Assembly (NCBI RefSeq): GCF_006345805.1
Contig: NC_043007.1
Location: 43,462,001 to 43,526,000, forward strand
DNA: 64,000 bases
Source of the DNA: Octopus sinensis
Taxonomy: Eukaryota
Direction: 5' to 3'
The notes under the pieces are model-generated. The model saw nothing but the letters and a program-made list of their open reading frames with translations, was not told the DNA's origin and ran no database searches. How positions within the stretch are numbered: position 1 is the first letter of the stretch; the number at the start of each line of letters is the position of its first letter. Shown here one piece after another: positions 1 to 15,100 of the stretch. The translations under genes and the position numbers were made by a program.

Positions 1-617
1 AAAACATTTGTTGGCCTTCTGCTGTAGTAGAAAATGCTTACCAAAGTGCTGCTCATTAAGACCAAACCTGAAACAGTATGGTTACATAGTGAACTTCTTA
101 ACCACATACCCATGTCTATAGCTATTTACAAATATTAAAATAGCAATTATATTTTAGTATTTTGGTTTCAGTACCTATTTATGTTTAAAAACATTTGTAT
201 TTCTTAATCATTAAACAAAAATTTTACTTATTAAAAATTGTAAATTTTTTGCTATTAAAATTCAGATGATTTAATAGACTTTAAATCTCTGAAATAGGCC
301 CATGTAAAAGACGTGTTTGAAAAACAAAAGGTTTGATTAAATCAGCTGATAGTGTAGTTCTAACAGTCAAAAGTTAAGAGGTTATAGACTTTTTCTGTTA
401 TAGATATTTATTTTACTGTAGATAATAGAATGTACAGTTTTGAATAGCTTTCATCCTCTGAATAATTTGTGCTGCCATATTGCTTGGTTAGATTCCTATA
501 CATAACAACCACCACCCTATCTGTATTAATACATGTCTTAGCAATTCAACTTTGGCTTTCAGTGAGGTTTGGCTGCCATGTTTATTAACATGTACATGCT
601 AGCATGGATCATGGACT

Positions 618-828
618 TTAACCTGTTAGCACTTAAATTATTCTTTTGAATGTAATGCTTATTTATTCACATTGTTTTGAATTAATCATGCATTATCTAG
701 TAGCTTTGAGAATTTGATTATGTGATTGTATACTTTTATAATGATATTGTTGGGTAGGTACGAGAGGCCAGATCTAGCTGGTTTAAACATTGGGCTGAAT
801 ATGGCCAGTTTAAATGCTAAGGGGTTAA
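618..828. mobile_element. TTAA-bounded piggyBac-like MITE
   Basis: Ends ttaacctgttagca ... tgctaaggggttaa are imperfect terminal inverted repeats with TTAA. Related copies lie at 5552, 10177, 15973 and 16469. Confidence 0.6.
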
Positions 829-1929
829 ATGATGATAATGATGATACACACCTTCTATTTGCTTCATTGTTGTTTTCATTTAAAAATTTGATGTATAGTG
901 CAAAAATGTTGTTCTTGAAATTATGACACACCACTCTATCCATTTTGATACCAACATGCCTAAGGTTATCCTCGATTCTGGAGTACAGACTTCCAGTTTG
1001 AAACTGATCTAAGTTAAAATTTCTTGTTAATAATTTCTGTTACAAACAACAGGTTAAAGTCTAAGATATTTTACTTTATTTTTTCTTATTTGCAAACTTA
1101 ACGTAAGAAAAATATAGTAACAAAAGGGTTAGCATACTGCATTTCAAAATAATGTTATACTATTTTAATTATTATTCTCCATGTTCTGGTAGTGGAGATG
1201 ACTGAAACATTTTGAACTTAATTGCATTTTTTGAAGTATTAACATTCATGTTTTTGAGTTTAAAAATCTTGTGGTTGACTTCACTTTTTCCCCCCTTGAA
1301 GAAATGAAATAATTAGCAGGAAACATTTTGTTTAGTGCAATCAACTATAAGCTTATTCTTCAATGATTAACCATGTACCTAAATTTCTAATTATTTTTCA
1401 TTTTGGAGTTTTACTTTTCTTGGAATTTAATAATATGGGAATCATTTCACAAAACTTGAAGATGTTTAAATGATGATGATGATGACCATGGTAAAGATGA
1501 CACTTATTGCATTTTGTAGATTTTTTTTTAGAAATAATGATGTAGACATTTAATGATAATGTTACTTTATTTTAGTAATTACAAGGAAATTACAAAATGT
1601 AATTTTGTATATAGATTAGGTAAAGAAGTAAATGTAAACTATATTTTTTAACTGTTAGTTATAATGATGAAATGCTTTTATATCTTACCAAATACATTTA
1701 TTGAGTTAGCCCTTCTTGAGTGAAGAGAAATCCACACATTCAGTATATTGGTTATGTCTTGTTTCAGTATGGTTATGTCTTGTTTCAGTGTAACAATCAA
1801 GGCATGTTCTACACTTGCTATATTTAGTATATCTGTTGTTTAACCCCAGGTCAATCATGATTGAGCAGACCTGTAATCAGGGCATTCCAGTCACCACTGT
1901 ACTCTCTGTATATCAAGAGCTTCATTGTC

Positions 1930-2700
1930 CAAGTTGTCTTAAAATATTTTAAGTCTGTGGAGTGTAATTTGAGAGATATTTTATTGCTATTTCTAGCAGG
2001 TTAAGTGACTCTCTAGAGGCTTTCTTCTAGATAAGTTGTACCACTCAACATCTCAGTAATTTTTACTGAAGATCTTTTATTTTCTTGCAACCAATAATTT
2101 TAATCAGAGCAGATTTGTAGCTTTTCAGTATATTTGTCCTCAACCTTATGCCTATTTCTAATCTTTTATGAAAGCAGCCTTTACAGGAACAGTTTTCAGC
2201 TTTTACTTCTTTTTCTGTTTTTTTTTCTTTAAAGTACTCTTTGTTTTTAGTTTTATCTCATTAGTTACTAGCTGTTTGAAGTCATAACTGTTTGTCTAGT
2301 TTTTCCCCTCCACCCAGATGAAAAAATTGATTTGGTTCTCTATTTGGTAACTCCCTGACAATCTGGTTTCATGTGAATTGTTTAATATATATTTAATTTA
2401 TTTGCATTGTCAGGAATATGGTACCCTTGTTCTTTAAGCCATGGTTATAGTCTTCTTTTGATGCCAATGAATTTGTTCCAGTATTTCTCGACTTGGACAT
2501 TAAACCCCTTTATTATGATGATGATATCTTAATTATCCACTTAATTAGTATGAGATCCTGTTTCTTCTTTTTGCCTCTTTTATCATTACTATAATGATTT
2601 TTTTGCTCCTCTTAGCTAACTAAATACATATACTCTCTGTCCAGTTTTAACTGTATCTCACCTCAAATCCTAAACACTGCCTAACTTCTCCCTAGAATTG
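1930..2700 (-). mobile_element. Highly decayed RTE-like LINE remnant
   Basis: The minus strand gives broken RT C-terminal-like (KAAFHK..IRLRTNILKSY) and GDFNAKV-like (GFNVQVE) segments with many stops. Confidence 0.4.
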
Positions 2701-3073
2701 CAACTCCTTCAAATGTCTTCATCACTTATATATTTTTTTTTTGCAGACCATGATCTAGAGATGTTCAGAATGAACTCTTATCAGTAGTTTATGAGCACTG
2801 CCTCTCCTGACTAATTAGATAAATAAAACTGTATCTCTCATTAGAGACTTATAAGAAGGATGTTGAGATTGCTTAATGATTACTGATGTTTGCTGTATTT
2901 TGGGTTTTTCTGTTTTTATAAGGAGTTAAAGAGAGAAAAGTAAAAAAAAGTGATGGGTGCTGTTCATAGACATGGAAAGATTACAAAAATTTCTCTTTTT
3001 GTCAGACAGATTATACTTTTTGAATGAAAATAATTAGATGAGGATTTAATATGATTTGTTTATTTTTATTTAG

Positions 3074-3180
3074 GTATTAAAAAGTACATTGTTGGTTTAA
3101 TTATCAAGACCTCATCTGAGCAGCAACTTTTGGAGAAAGAAAAAGTGTATTTGGGAAAATTAAACATGATTTTAGTTCAG
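3074..3180 (+). CDS. XPO1: XPO1 exon ([15 protein letters not shown]...LNMILVQ)
   Basis: tag acceptor, gtaagt donor, 107 nt, matches CRM1. Confidence 0.95.
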
Positions 3181-6100
3181 GTAAGTCAACTGAAAGTGTT
3201 GTCAGGTGTTCCCACATTTGATGGGGCAAATTAACAACTGAAAATTATTTCCTAATTTAATCAAATTAAAATTGTTCATATGAAATATTTGAAAGTTTTA
3301 TTTGCATTTATATAAGAATTTCTGAGGAAGTGTAAGAAATGTTATGACTGTTATTAATTATATAATTAAGCATTAATTATATAATTAATGCTTAAATATA
3401 ATTGATTCGGAAGCAAATTAATTATATAGTTAATACAAAGTATTTGTGTGTGTGTGTGTGTGTGTTTATATAAATTTCTAATAATTTTATAATCAGTATC
3501 AGTTTATAATTTAACAAAATATTTTTGTTATTTATTTTACTAGATTTTAAAATATGAATGGCCAAGGAACTGGCCATCTTTCATTAGTGATATTGTTGGT
3601 GCCAGCAAGACAAATGAGTCCTTGTGCCAAAATAATATGACTATTTTGAAATTATTGAGGTTAGTATTTTTTACAATTTACTTTCTTTTTGTCCTCTTTT
3701 TTAGATTAATCATATTATTTTATGTTTTAATGTCTTATATTGTTTTCTACTGTCACACCAATGAAGGGGCCTTTCATATGGCAACTTAACATGCTAGAAA
3801 TAGCATTCCTTCAAATCAGGCCCTACGATATTAAAGGAAGGACACTAGTTGTATTGTCTGAAACCAAAAAGAAAGGTTAACTGGTATGCTTGTATAAACT
3901 TATATATATTTTTTTTTCAGTGAAGAGGTATTTGACTTTTCCAGTGGTCAAATGACCCAAGCAAAGGCTAAACATCTCAAGGACAGTATGTGTAGTGAAT
4001 TTTCACAGATCTTTCAACTCTGTCAGTTTGTGATGGTATGTGTTGTAATTTTTCTTTTTTAAATATACAATTAATATCTTTTTTCAAGTCATAGTCAACA
4101 GAATAGTTCTATATTATAAACATTTGTTTTATTAACGAATGTAGGTAATTTTATAGACATCTACCACTGAATAATCTTGTTGAACTGATAATCAATAATC
4201 ACAGTAGAACCATTATCTTGTTAAGTTTATAATTTCATCTTTCATATTTTAAAATCGTTTAAAGTTTGGAAGAATTTACTCAATTTTTATACACTGTTAC
4301 TGTAGTTTTACATTTATTTTACACACTAGCATAAGATGGTTCTAGAAATTTGAATATTTGTATATGAATTGTTTGAATAAATTGTATGTTTATGTTATTT
4401 AATCCTTTTCCAAAATAGGATAATTCACAAAATGCTCCCTTAGTTGGCTCCAATCTTGAAACACTGCTGAGGTTTCTAAACTGGATTCCCTTAGGATACA
4501 TCTTTGAAACTAAACTCATTACTACATTAATCTGTAAAGTAAGTACATTTTTTCTTTTCTTTTCTTTCTTGTAAATAATTCTGAAATAAACTTGTTTTGC
4601 TCCTTGTCATCAAAAAAGCAATACATTTCAAAGAAAAAAAAATCTTGCCCTGCAACTTTGAGATGCATGAACAACACAACTAAACCTTGAAAACCATTAC
4701 AAATGCTTGTTCTTAATCTCTGAGGACCTGTTGCAGTGACATCATCATCATCATCATCAATTGTCCATGCTGGCATGGATTGGGCAGTTTGACCAGGGCT
4801 GGAAAGCTGAGGGGCTGCAGACTCTGGTCTGATTTGGCATGGTTTCTACAGCTGGATGCCTTCCTAATGCCAACCATTCCGAGAGTGTAATGAGTGCTTT
4901 TTATGTGCCAGTTGCATGATACCAGTATCCACTATGACTATGATTTTACTTGGTTTGATGGGTCTTCTCAGGCATGGCATATTGCCAAAGGTCTCGGTCA
5001 TATGTCATTGCTTCCGTGAAGCCCTTTATATATGTAACCATACACACATGCATGCAGCTCGGGAACTAAGCTCCCTCTTCAGTACCAGTATGTACTTCAG
5101 TCTTGATAATCTGTTGGTTTTTCTACGAGGTTCTTATGCAACTCTGTTTTAAAGTATATGGTTGCATAACTGACATTGCTAATAATACCGTCACACAATC
5201 ATGTTAGACTGTGCCTAACTTCCGGCTCAACTTGTTTCTCTTTGCCTCTTAACTGTTAAAATGTCCTTTGTTCCAAGAAGCTGCACACCACTATTAACCC
5301 ATCCCACATATCTTTTCTTTCATTATTCTTGTTTCTTACCCCTACAAACCACACACTAATTACTTAGCTATTCATTTCTCTTGAGATTGCTGTTTTCTGA
5401 AATTCTTCCCCAATCTACATTTTCCCTATAGGCATCAAACTACAGAATTTAAAACCAAACATGACCACATTATTCCTAACTGTATGGGCAAGTCAACAGT
5501 CATTGGTGTTGCTTTTCCTCCTCTCTCATAAGGCGCATTATGAATGTTATTTTAAAACGCTTCAGCAATTAAACCAGCCGTATCTGGCCCAAATATATTT
5601 TATCTGTTTTATGTTAAAACCATCCAGATCTGATCTCTCACACCTACCATACATTGTCATTCTAAAATGCAGCAATCACATCATTGAACTCTCAAAGCTA
5701 TGCGATAATGCATACAAGATAATTCAAACTAATTTGGATAAATAAGCTTCTTTTGACAGAAAAATCTGAATGTTAAAGGGTTAATTTTATTAAACTTTAG
5801 TCAGTTGTTCATTATCTTGACCTTTAGGTAGCCTAATGCATTGTCCTATCAGCATTTCTATTTGTAAATAGAAAAATATCAAACTTCATTTGTCTTGTAC
5901 TTTGACTCTGTTTGTTGAAATGAGTTTAAAATTTCCTTGAGGTGTTCTACTGATTGTTACCAACTTCAAACACTAAATGATTTCCTGACTAATACATTAA
6001 TTAATAGAGTTGGGAAGAGGTTTTATTTCTTATAATTATTATTCCAATATGCTGGATACCTGGGATATTGATACCTTACTTGACATCTAGCCTAACAACT

Positions 6101-9100
6101 AGGAATTTGTAGCTGCAGAGAAACAGCTGTTATTAAAGATCATGTTCAGTAACCTAAGCAAGGAAGAGCTTGTCATTGACTTCTGGGACTAGACTCATCT
6201 ATTCAGATTTTGTAATCACTGATTCATTTCAAACCTTGGAAAGCAGATTTGTGAAAATGGAGACATTGAAAAAAACTTTGGAAACATCTGACAATGAAGA
6301 AATGCCAAGAAGAAAAAGAGAGAATATTATTTATTCCATTAATTTATTGAACACTCATTGTTATATTTTAAATATTTTTTTTTTTAAATATAGTTCTTGA
6401 ATGTACCAATGTTCCGAAATGTAACTCTGAAGTGTCTTACAGAAATAGGTATGTTCATCTCCTATATCTTTACATATTCCTGAAATATTCTTTTGTAAGA
6501 ATTTGAATCACTTTTTTGTAAAACCAGAAGTTCGGTACAAATTAGATAATACTTAAAATATGTTAGATTATCAGATTTATATCCAGAGTACAACCATGTT
6601 GCTTTAAATCAAGCAGTAAACTTTAGCATAATGTTTGTGATGTGAGTTTTGAATTATGAACTCTTGTTATGTAACAAAGTGTGGAAAACATTTTACTGAG
6701 AGATTGACCCACACTTAAAATTATATGTTTTAATATAGAATTTGAATTTAACCAAACTGCAAATCAGATTCTTTATGTATATTGATATCAAGATGCTAAA
6801 ATTCTACAGATATCTATGTGAACATTGGTAATTTAAAAATAAATTTTCTCTTCTCTAGCTGCTGTACAAGTTTCCCAATATGATGATCAAGTTACACAGC
6901 TATTTACAATAACCATGGAACAGTTAAAACAGGTATTTTACCAGTTATTTATTTAAGTCTTTATTATTCACTCTTAAATCTTATAATATACTTAAATAAC
7001 CAGATTTTTTTATTTTATTTATCTTAATTTTTATTTGCCAAAATATAAGTGTCAAGAGTTTGTAATTGAATTTCTGTGCTTAAGTAAAGTGTATTATATT
7101 TTGCAGATGTTACCCTTAGACACAGTTATCAAAGATGCTTATAGGAAAGGGACTGATGATGAACAAAATTTCATTCAAAATCTTAGTTTATTTTTGTGCA
7201 CCTTCCTAAAGGAACATGTTCTACTCATAGAACGTAAGAATGAGTATCACAATCTTTTGATACAAGTGAGTAAAAATTATTTTGCTGTATAATTTATACT
7301 TAAGTCTTTTTTTTATATATTCATGACGTTGAGAATTTAAATATATGGAACATATCTTTAAGCACATTGACTTAGTTCATCTTGTGTTTAGATTGTGTGG
7401 TAGATTTATATAGATGATACTAGTTGATATATCTTGCTTTTTATTTGTAAACTTCTTATCTTCTCTGACAAATAGAATTTGAATGAATTTCTATTTAGAT
7501 AAGAATTGAAACAGTACTCATTCAATGGATCATAGTCTTTGATTTGTATAATTTTATCAAAAATCATTTAATTTTTACATTTCAAACTAACTAATGATTA
7601 ATGAAGTATACTGGTCTCATCTCAGTTCTGAAATTGGCTTTTTACACATGCATATAACTTAATATCAATAACATGTCTGTTAAGTTTACTTTCTAATCAC
7701 ATGGTTTTGGGTTCAGTCCCACTGCATGGCACTTTGGGAAAGAGTCTTCTACTGTGCACTTGACTGACCAAAGCATTGTAAATAGATTTGGTAGACTGAA
7801 ACTGAAGGAAGCCTGTTGTGTGTGTGAGTGTATTAGTTTCTTCTTACCTTGACAGTGTATGATAACTGTAAAATGTATGTCACCATCATACAAACAGTGT
7901 CATTCATTGCCAGTCTTTAGACATGTTTGAAAACAGATGAAAGTTAATGACAGGAAAGGTACCTGACATTAGAAGATATGTCTCAACAAATTCTGTGTAA
8001 CCCATGCAAGCATAGAAAAATGGATGTTAATACAATGATGATGATAATTTGTTTGGAAATCAGACTGAAAGTGGATAAATAATGATGGGATATTCTTTTT
8101 GATATTGATTTTGCTTGTTGTAATGTAAATTTAACTGTTTAATTTGTAGGCTCATCATTACTTGATTCGAATTTCTGAAGTGGATGAAGTGGAAGTATTC
8201 AAAGTATGCCTGGAATATTGGAATTCTTTGGCAGCTGATTTGTATCGCGAAAGTCCATTTTCAGCAGGTTCAACACCGTTGATGTTTGGTCGATCTCATG
8301 GTGAAATACCCATTAGGAGACAGTTCTATATGTCAGTGCTCTCCCGAGTAAGTTATTGTTTTTCTTTGAAATATTATAAAACCAATCCATCACCACATCA
8401 GTATTTTAGCTTCGCTTGAGGGGTTTTAACTCTTTTCTAACCAGAGTTAACTATTATTGCTATTGAATTTTGATAGTTGTGTTTATGCTTTTGTATATGA
8501 TTGAAGTAAAATAAGCTACAACTAACTAGGAATTAAATGAAAGTAATTCACTGCACCCAAAAAAAAATCCAGCAGCTTCTGTTAGGCTTTCTGACTGGCA
8601 AAATTCCACTGCAATTTAAAGTCATGAAAACTCTAAAGATCATAGATGAGTTTTGCTGACGTACTTGACAAGTAAGTGTGATTTGAACTTAGGCTCAAGT
8701 CTAGCAGAACAAATAAGAATCAGTACTAACACACATTAGCAGAATGTTGCCTAGGGCTGTTCCAGTGTTGACACTATGAAGAGCATTTAAGAAATCTGTA
8801 TGAGAATTCATCTTCAATTAAGATATCCTAATAACCTAGATATTGGATTTAGCTGTTTTAACTCTAGACTTTAGCTCTGTAATGCTCACATTTGCAGTGT
8901 TTTCCTCAATTGAGAATCCAGCTACTGTTGTTTCAGTATCAGATGATACCTTAGATTTGTGAATTGTTAACTGTTGGTAGAGTAAAATATTTGTTTTATG
9001 TTGCTGCTTTTTGAAGTTTCCCCTTTTCTGGCGTTTTCTTTCAAATGATCTCTTCATTGTAAACTTGAAAACAGTTATACTTAAAATATCTCTATATAAT

Positions 9101-12100
9101 AATAGTCAATATGATGTTGGCTGGCTGGTTGGTTTTGGTCGATTTTGTCAGTCATGCTTTTATAGAGTTGGGAAGAGAGTAGAAGAGAAATACAGAGATA
9201 GTTAATGTAAGAAGTTGAAGTTGGCAGAGGAACACTGTAATTGACAAGCAGTGGTAGGATGATGATAAAAGCTGCGTAGTTGATGGATGCCAATTTGAGA
9301 AAGTGTCACCTGTATATATAGCCTCAGGCTGACCAAAGCTTTTGTTAGTGGATTTGGCAGAAACTGAAAGGAGCCCATCGTATGTGTGCATGCATTCTTG
9401 TCTTGACTTCAAATGGTTGTGTCACTGTCATACAAACAGTATCATTCATTTCCACTATTCTATTGAAACATGTCTGACTATGGGGGAAATATTACCTTGC
9501 TTGGAAACAAGTGAAGGTTAGCACTTGTAAGGACATCTGGCTAAAAATACTTTGTCCAGCCTGTGCAAGCGTAGAAAATAGACGTTAAAACAGTGATGGT
9601 GATCTTACATACACATACATTTTTATGTTATTATTTTAAGGTACGAGCTGTCATGATTTCTCGAATGGCAAAACCAGAAGAAGTGCTTGTTGTAGAAAAT
9701 GAACAGGGTGAAGTTGTTCGTGAGTTTATGAAAGACACCGACTCCATCAATCTATACAAGAATATGAGGGAGACACTAGGTAAGTACTTTATGTTTAATG
9801 AAAGTGAGATATTGCTTTTTACTTTGTTGGTTGTGGCTATTAAAGGATATTTTTTATTTAGTGATATATCTTGCTTTTACTTATATTATTTACACAACTT
9901 GGAAATAAGTGGAGTAGCAGAAATGCATTCAGCTAATATTTTGCACTATTTAGTTTTGTTACTTAGTATTCTGAGGCTTGAATACGAATAAGATTTTTGG
10001 TTTTTAATCTTTAAAGTAAAACACCAAAAAATCCATGATTTTTTTCAATCAATTCTATCTTCTTACTGCAAATTTGTAGTCTTGTAATCAATGTGTGAAA
10101 ACAATATTTCCTTTTCATCTTGTGTTATCTTTTTATATTTACACTTTATTTATAATTAACATTTAAATATATTTGTTTAAACCTTTAGCATATCTGGCTC
10201 AAATATTATGTGTGTTTTATGTACAGACTGACCATTTTCAGCTTCTCATACCTTCCCTTATAATGTCATACTAAAAATAAACAAGTACATCATCAAAATT
10301 TCAATGCAAATAGATAATGCATGATTAATTCAAAACAGTGGGAATCCAACCATAGAAACCATACCACAACAGACAGTTGGAGTCTGGACAGCACCCTGCT
10401 AGCCAGCTCCACATAAAACTATCCAACCCCTGCCAGCATGGAAAGTGGACATTAAATGATGATAATGAATGGGAATAAATAAGCATTATATTTGACAGAG
10501 TAATATGAGTGGTAAAAGGTTTTTGATTAATCACTTATTTTCATCAATTCAATATCAGTTTACTGATTGTATTTTTTGCTACAATAGTTTCATTGTCTGT
10601 AGTTGGGCCATTTTAATTTGTTACAGATGAATTGTGGTTAAGAAGTTTGCTTCACAACAATATGGTTCTGTGTTTGGTCACACTGTTTGTATATATATGC
10701 TTGTTTGTGTGAGTGAGAGAAATTTCTGTGTATAGAGGCAAGGCATGCCAGGATTAGTTGTTCAAATGAAAGTGCTTTGTGATGTTTAGTTCCAGCCAGG
10801 TTACACCTCTTATGTTGACTTTGTTTTTCTTTCCCTTATAAGATAACATCTCACAATAAAATTCTTGTTTCAACAATTTCGTGTGTGTGTACCATGTTGG
10901 CATGGAAAGCAAATATAAAATAAGGGTGATATATAGATAGAGAGAAAGAAAGAAAGGCACATGGCTCAGTGGTTAGAGCATCGGGCTTACAATCATGAGG
11001 TAGTGAATTTGATTCTCGGACCAGGCTATGTTGTGTTCTTGAGCAAGGCACTATCTCATGTTGCTCTAGTTCACTCAGCTGTAGAAATGAGTTGTGACAT
11101 CAATGGTGCCAAACTGTATTGGCCTTTGCCTTTCTCTTGGATAATATCAGTGGTGTGGAGAAGGGAGGTTGCCATGCATGGGCGACTGCTGGTCTTCCAT
11201 AAACAACCTTGCCTTGGAGGGGAGCTTTTTAGGTGCAATCCCATAGTCATTCATGACCAAAGGGATTTTTTAAATTGATAGATGCAGTTCACTTTTAATT
11301 TTTCTATGCTATTATTTTTTTTTCTTCAGTTTACCTCACTCATTTAGATTATGTGGATACAGAGAATATAATGACTGACAAGCTTCACAATCAAGTAAAT
11401 GGCTCAGAGTGGTCATGGAAAAATTTAAATACGGTTAGTTACTTAATGTGATGTTTTCATTGATGTAGTTATATTTTATTCAAGGAATAGAACCTTAATT
11501 GAAGATTATATTTTGTATATACTCTATCGACCACATATGCTCAGTGTATGTGCTTTGCTTGTTTGCCTGTAGACTGTGATTTGGTGTGGTAGGGATGACT
11601 TCCTCAAAGTGCTGGGTGTTTTAAACACCTGAAAGTCAAAACACCTACTTATGACTTTCAAGTGTTTTGACACCTGGCAGTTTGAGAGAATCATCCTCAC
11701 CGTGGCATATCGCAGCTGACTGGCAAATCAATACTTTATCTATGTTTTGTATATTTATGAATATTAAATAAATGTTGTTTTTTTATTACAGCTTTGTTGG
11801 GCTATTGGTTCAATTAGTGGTGCTATGTATGAGGATGATGAGAAACGGTTTTTGGTTACTGTAATCAAGGTTAGTCTTTGTTATTTGTAATTGGTCCTCT
11901 AATGATTAATATATTTATGTATTTAGTTGTTTGCAATTATCTGACTCCTGTTCTTGTGGTTGTAGGATCTCTTGGGATTGTGTGAACAAAAGCGAGGCAA
12001 AGACAATAAAGCCATTATTGCATCGAATATCATGTATGTTGTTGGACAGTACCCACGATTCCTTCGAGCACACTGGAAATTTTTAAAAACAGTGGTTAAT

Positions 12101-15100
12101 AAGCTGTTTGAATTCATGCATGGTAATTATATTTAAATTCATTTTTCTTTTTATTAAATAGAGTAAAAAAATTTGATTTGGGCAATAGTATTACTATTTA
12201 AATATATGAAATTTTATATGTTGTTATTGTTGAAAAAAGATTAAAATTGATAATTTTTTCTGGTCCGTGGTTAGCAAAATTACATTGATTGAAAGTTTAA
12301 ATTTTAAAATTTAAACTTTTCATTCAGTTATTAGAATATTAATAGCAATAGTGTTTTTCTTTGTCTCATGTATTTGTAAGAAAGTATCATTTTTCTAATT
12401 TTTACAAATTTAATAATTTCTCTTTCTAGAAACACACGATGGTGTACAGGATATGGCTTGTGATACATTTATTAAGATAGCTCAAAAATGTCGCCGCCAT
12501 TTTGTTCAAGTTCAAGTTGGAGAAGTTATGCCATTTATTGAGGAAATCTTAGCCACTATCAATACTATAATTTGTGACCTTCAGCCTCAGCAGGTAATTA
12601 CACCTTTTGGATTGTGTCAATATATTTTTAATGCATGTGTGTGTGTGTGTGTTTATTAATGTTTAGTAGAAGTAATAGAGTGACTCAAAGTCTGAGAGTT
12701 TTGTGCATTGGCACTTATCAAACTAGTACCATTGCATGAAGCCCTTGGACCTTGAGTCACTCTGTTATTTCTGCTAAATATTAATAAGAATGTACATATA
12801 CTCATATTCTGAGTTGTATTTTTCCTATTTGCATCAACATACCTGTAGATAATGATGATTATTGTTATTAACTCTGTCCAATTTCCATACTGGCATGGAT
12901 TGGATGGTTTGACAGGAGATGGTAAGGCCAGAAGTCGCACTAGGTTCCATAGTCTGTTTTGGCTTGATTTCTATTGCTGGATGTCCTTCTTATGCCAACC
13001 ACTTTACAGAGTGTATTGGGTGCATTTTATGTGGCACCATGGCCTGTGTTTTTTATACGGCATCTTCACCAGTGGTTTTTATGTGGAACGACACACACAT
13101 GCACACATATAAATGAAACATTGTAATAAATCAAATCATGAATTTGTATTACTTGAAATTCTTAAATTCACAATCCTAAATTAGAGTTTTCAAATTGCCG
13201 TTAACCTTAATAATAAGTTTTTTTGTTGTACTTTAACATTTTCGTCTGTGTTTGTATGGATGGCTGGCTTGGTGTTAAAATATTTTGGCTAAAATATTTA
13301 ATCTCATTACATATTGTGCATAGATAAGCAATCTTTTTTGGTCACATTCACTACTGCTTCCATTTACTACTGTACCAGTACAAAATGCAATGGTTTTTAC
13401 TAATTTAATGTCTCTCTTTACTAATTTAATTTATCCTAGCTTTGAGATAATTCCATCTGAACTCTGTAAACCTTTTAATTACATATCTGTTGCCATACAA
13501 TTTGACAGCAATTGTTCTCATATGTTGTGCTGCTAAGTAAATAGGGTAAATAGAGCAGGGGATATGTTTGGGTATATGGCTAATAATATATTTAGCAAGA
13601 TAGCTCAAAAGATGTCATCAATATTTTTCATACTAATCTTAATGTTTTTCTAGGTTCATACATTTTATGAAGCTGTTGGATTAATGATTAGTGCACAAAT
13701 AGACCAAGTTCCCCAGGATCATTTGATAGAACGGTATATGTTGTTACCCAATCAAGTATGGGATGGTATAATCAACCAGGCAACACAGGTAAATACTTCC
13801 TACTGTCAGTGAGAACTGATATAATTCAAAGAATTAATTTTTTAAATTGTTGATCACAAATTTATTGTAATTCCATTTTAAGAATTTGCTGTTTGTTGAA
13901 CATTATGCATGCTGTTTAGTAACATATGTTGGTGCATTATTTAGAAATATATTTTGAAATAACTTTGATGTTTTGAAATTGATATAAAAAGAAGTAAAAT
14001 TTTGAACATTTACTTTTTCCTCTTTTAGAATGTAGAAGTTCTAAAGGATCCTGATGCTGTGAAACAACTTAGTAATATTTTAAAAACAAATGTTCGAGCA
14101 TGTAAGGCTTTAGGGCATCCATATGTGTTACAGGTTGGTATAATAGTTTAATTTATATACGAAGTGCACTCCAGAAGTTTTCACACTATTTCATGTGAGA
14201 CGTTTATTAATTTCAAAGAAATACAAAACTCTACTGAGTAGGACCCTCCAACTTCAATGCACTTTCTGTAGTCTTCCAGTCACTTTGTGAACACCTGATG
14301 AAGGTCCTCCAAAGTGAAGGTGTCCAGGAACCTTGTCAGAGCTGCCTTTATCTTCAAAATAACTGCCCATCTCTGTCAAGTAGTTGGTTACCAGAATACT
14401 TGTCATTGAGCATCCTGGGAACAAACTTTGATCAAGTTTTGTGCATGTTCAGATCTTCATGAATAATTCTGTGTATAGTTGCCACACCAACTCCAAACTG
14501 TATGCTTATTGTCTTTATAAACACACACAATTGTCTTCATCCAGAAAATTTCAAATTTTCTCAACCATCTTTGACAATCTGATGTCCCTCTTCCTCCCAC
14601 GCATCTTCTCATCATCTCTTACCTCCTCTCAAACCATCTTTGGAACTGTTGAGCCAGCAAAAAAGTTAATCCATATTCAGCCTGGAGCATTTCATAAATT
14701 TCTGTAATGTTTTGCTCAGTTTAACACAAAACTTTATTTCATACTGAGCTTCCAAACGTCCCTGGCTGCATTCTGCAAACAAGTCAGTTGTGACAAGCAG
14801 TGTTTAGTAGAGTGTGTTCAATGTGCTGTTACAACTGTCTACTTCAATTTGGAATAACAAAAGTTGGCAGGTCAGTTTATCAGATGTGTAGTTATGTACT
14901 AAAATTAGAATAATCTAGAACAGTTATAACTGCCTCTCCTAAAAAAAAAAAGTTTCAAGACTTCTGGAAAGCACCTCATACATCTTTCTGTGTCCATTAC
15001 ACCATTATAAGTTCCAGCAGTACAACAAACTGTTTCATGGATTTTATTTCATTGTTTACATCTTGTTTTTGTTTATGAGGCTGGAATTTCTTCTTGTCAC

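Noticed and set aside
2731-2800. Strong acceptor-like ttttttttttgcag upstream of the first XPO1 exon
   Set aside because: No frame matches the CRM1 N-terminus, stops occur early, and no convincing donor was found.
14295-14330. CTGATGA hammerhead core
   Set aside because: No stem II or GAAA follows. It lies within the mariner coding remnant.
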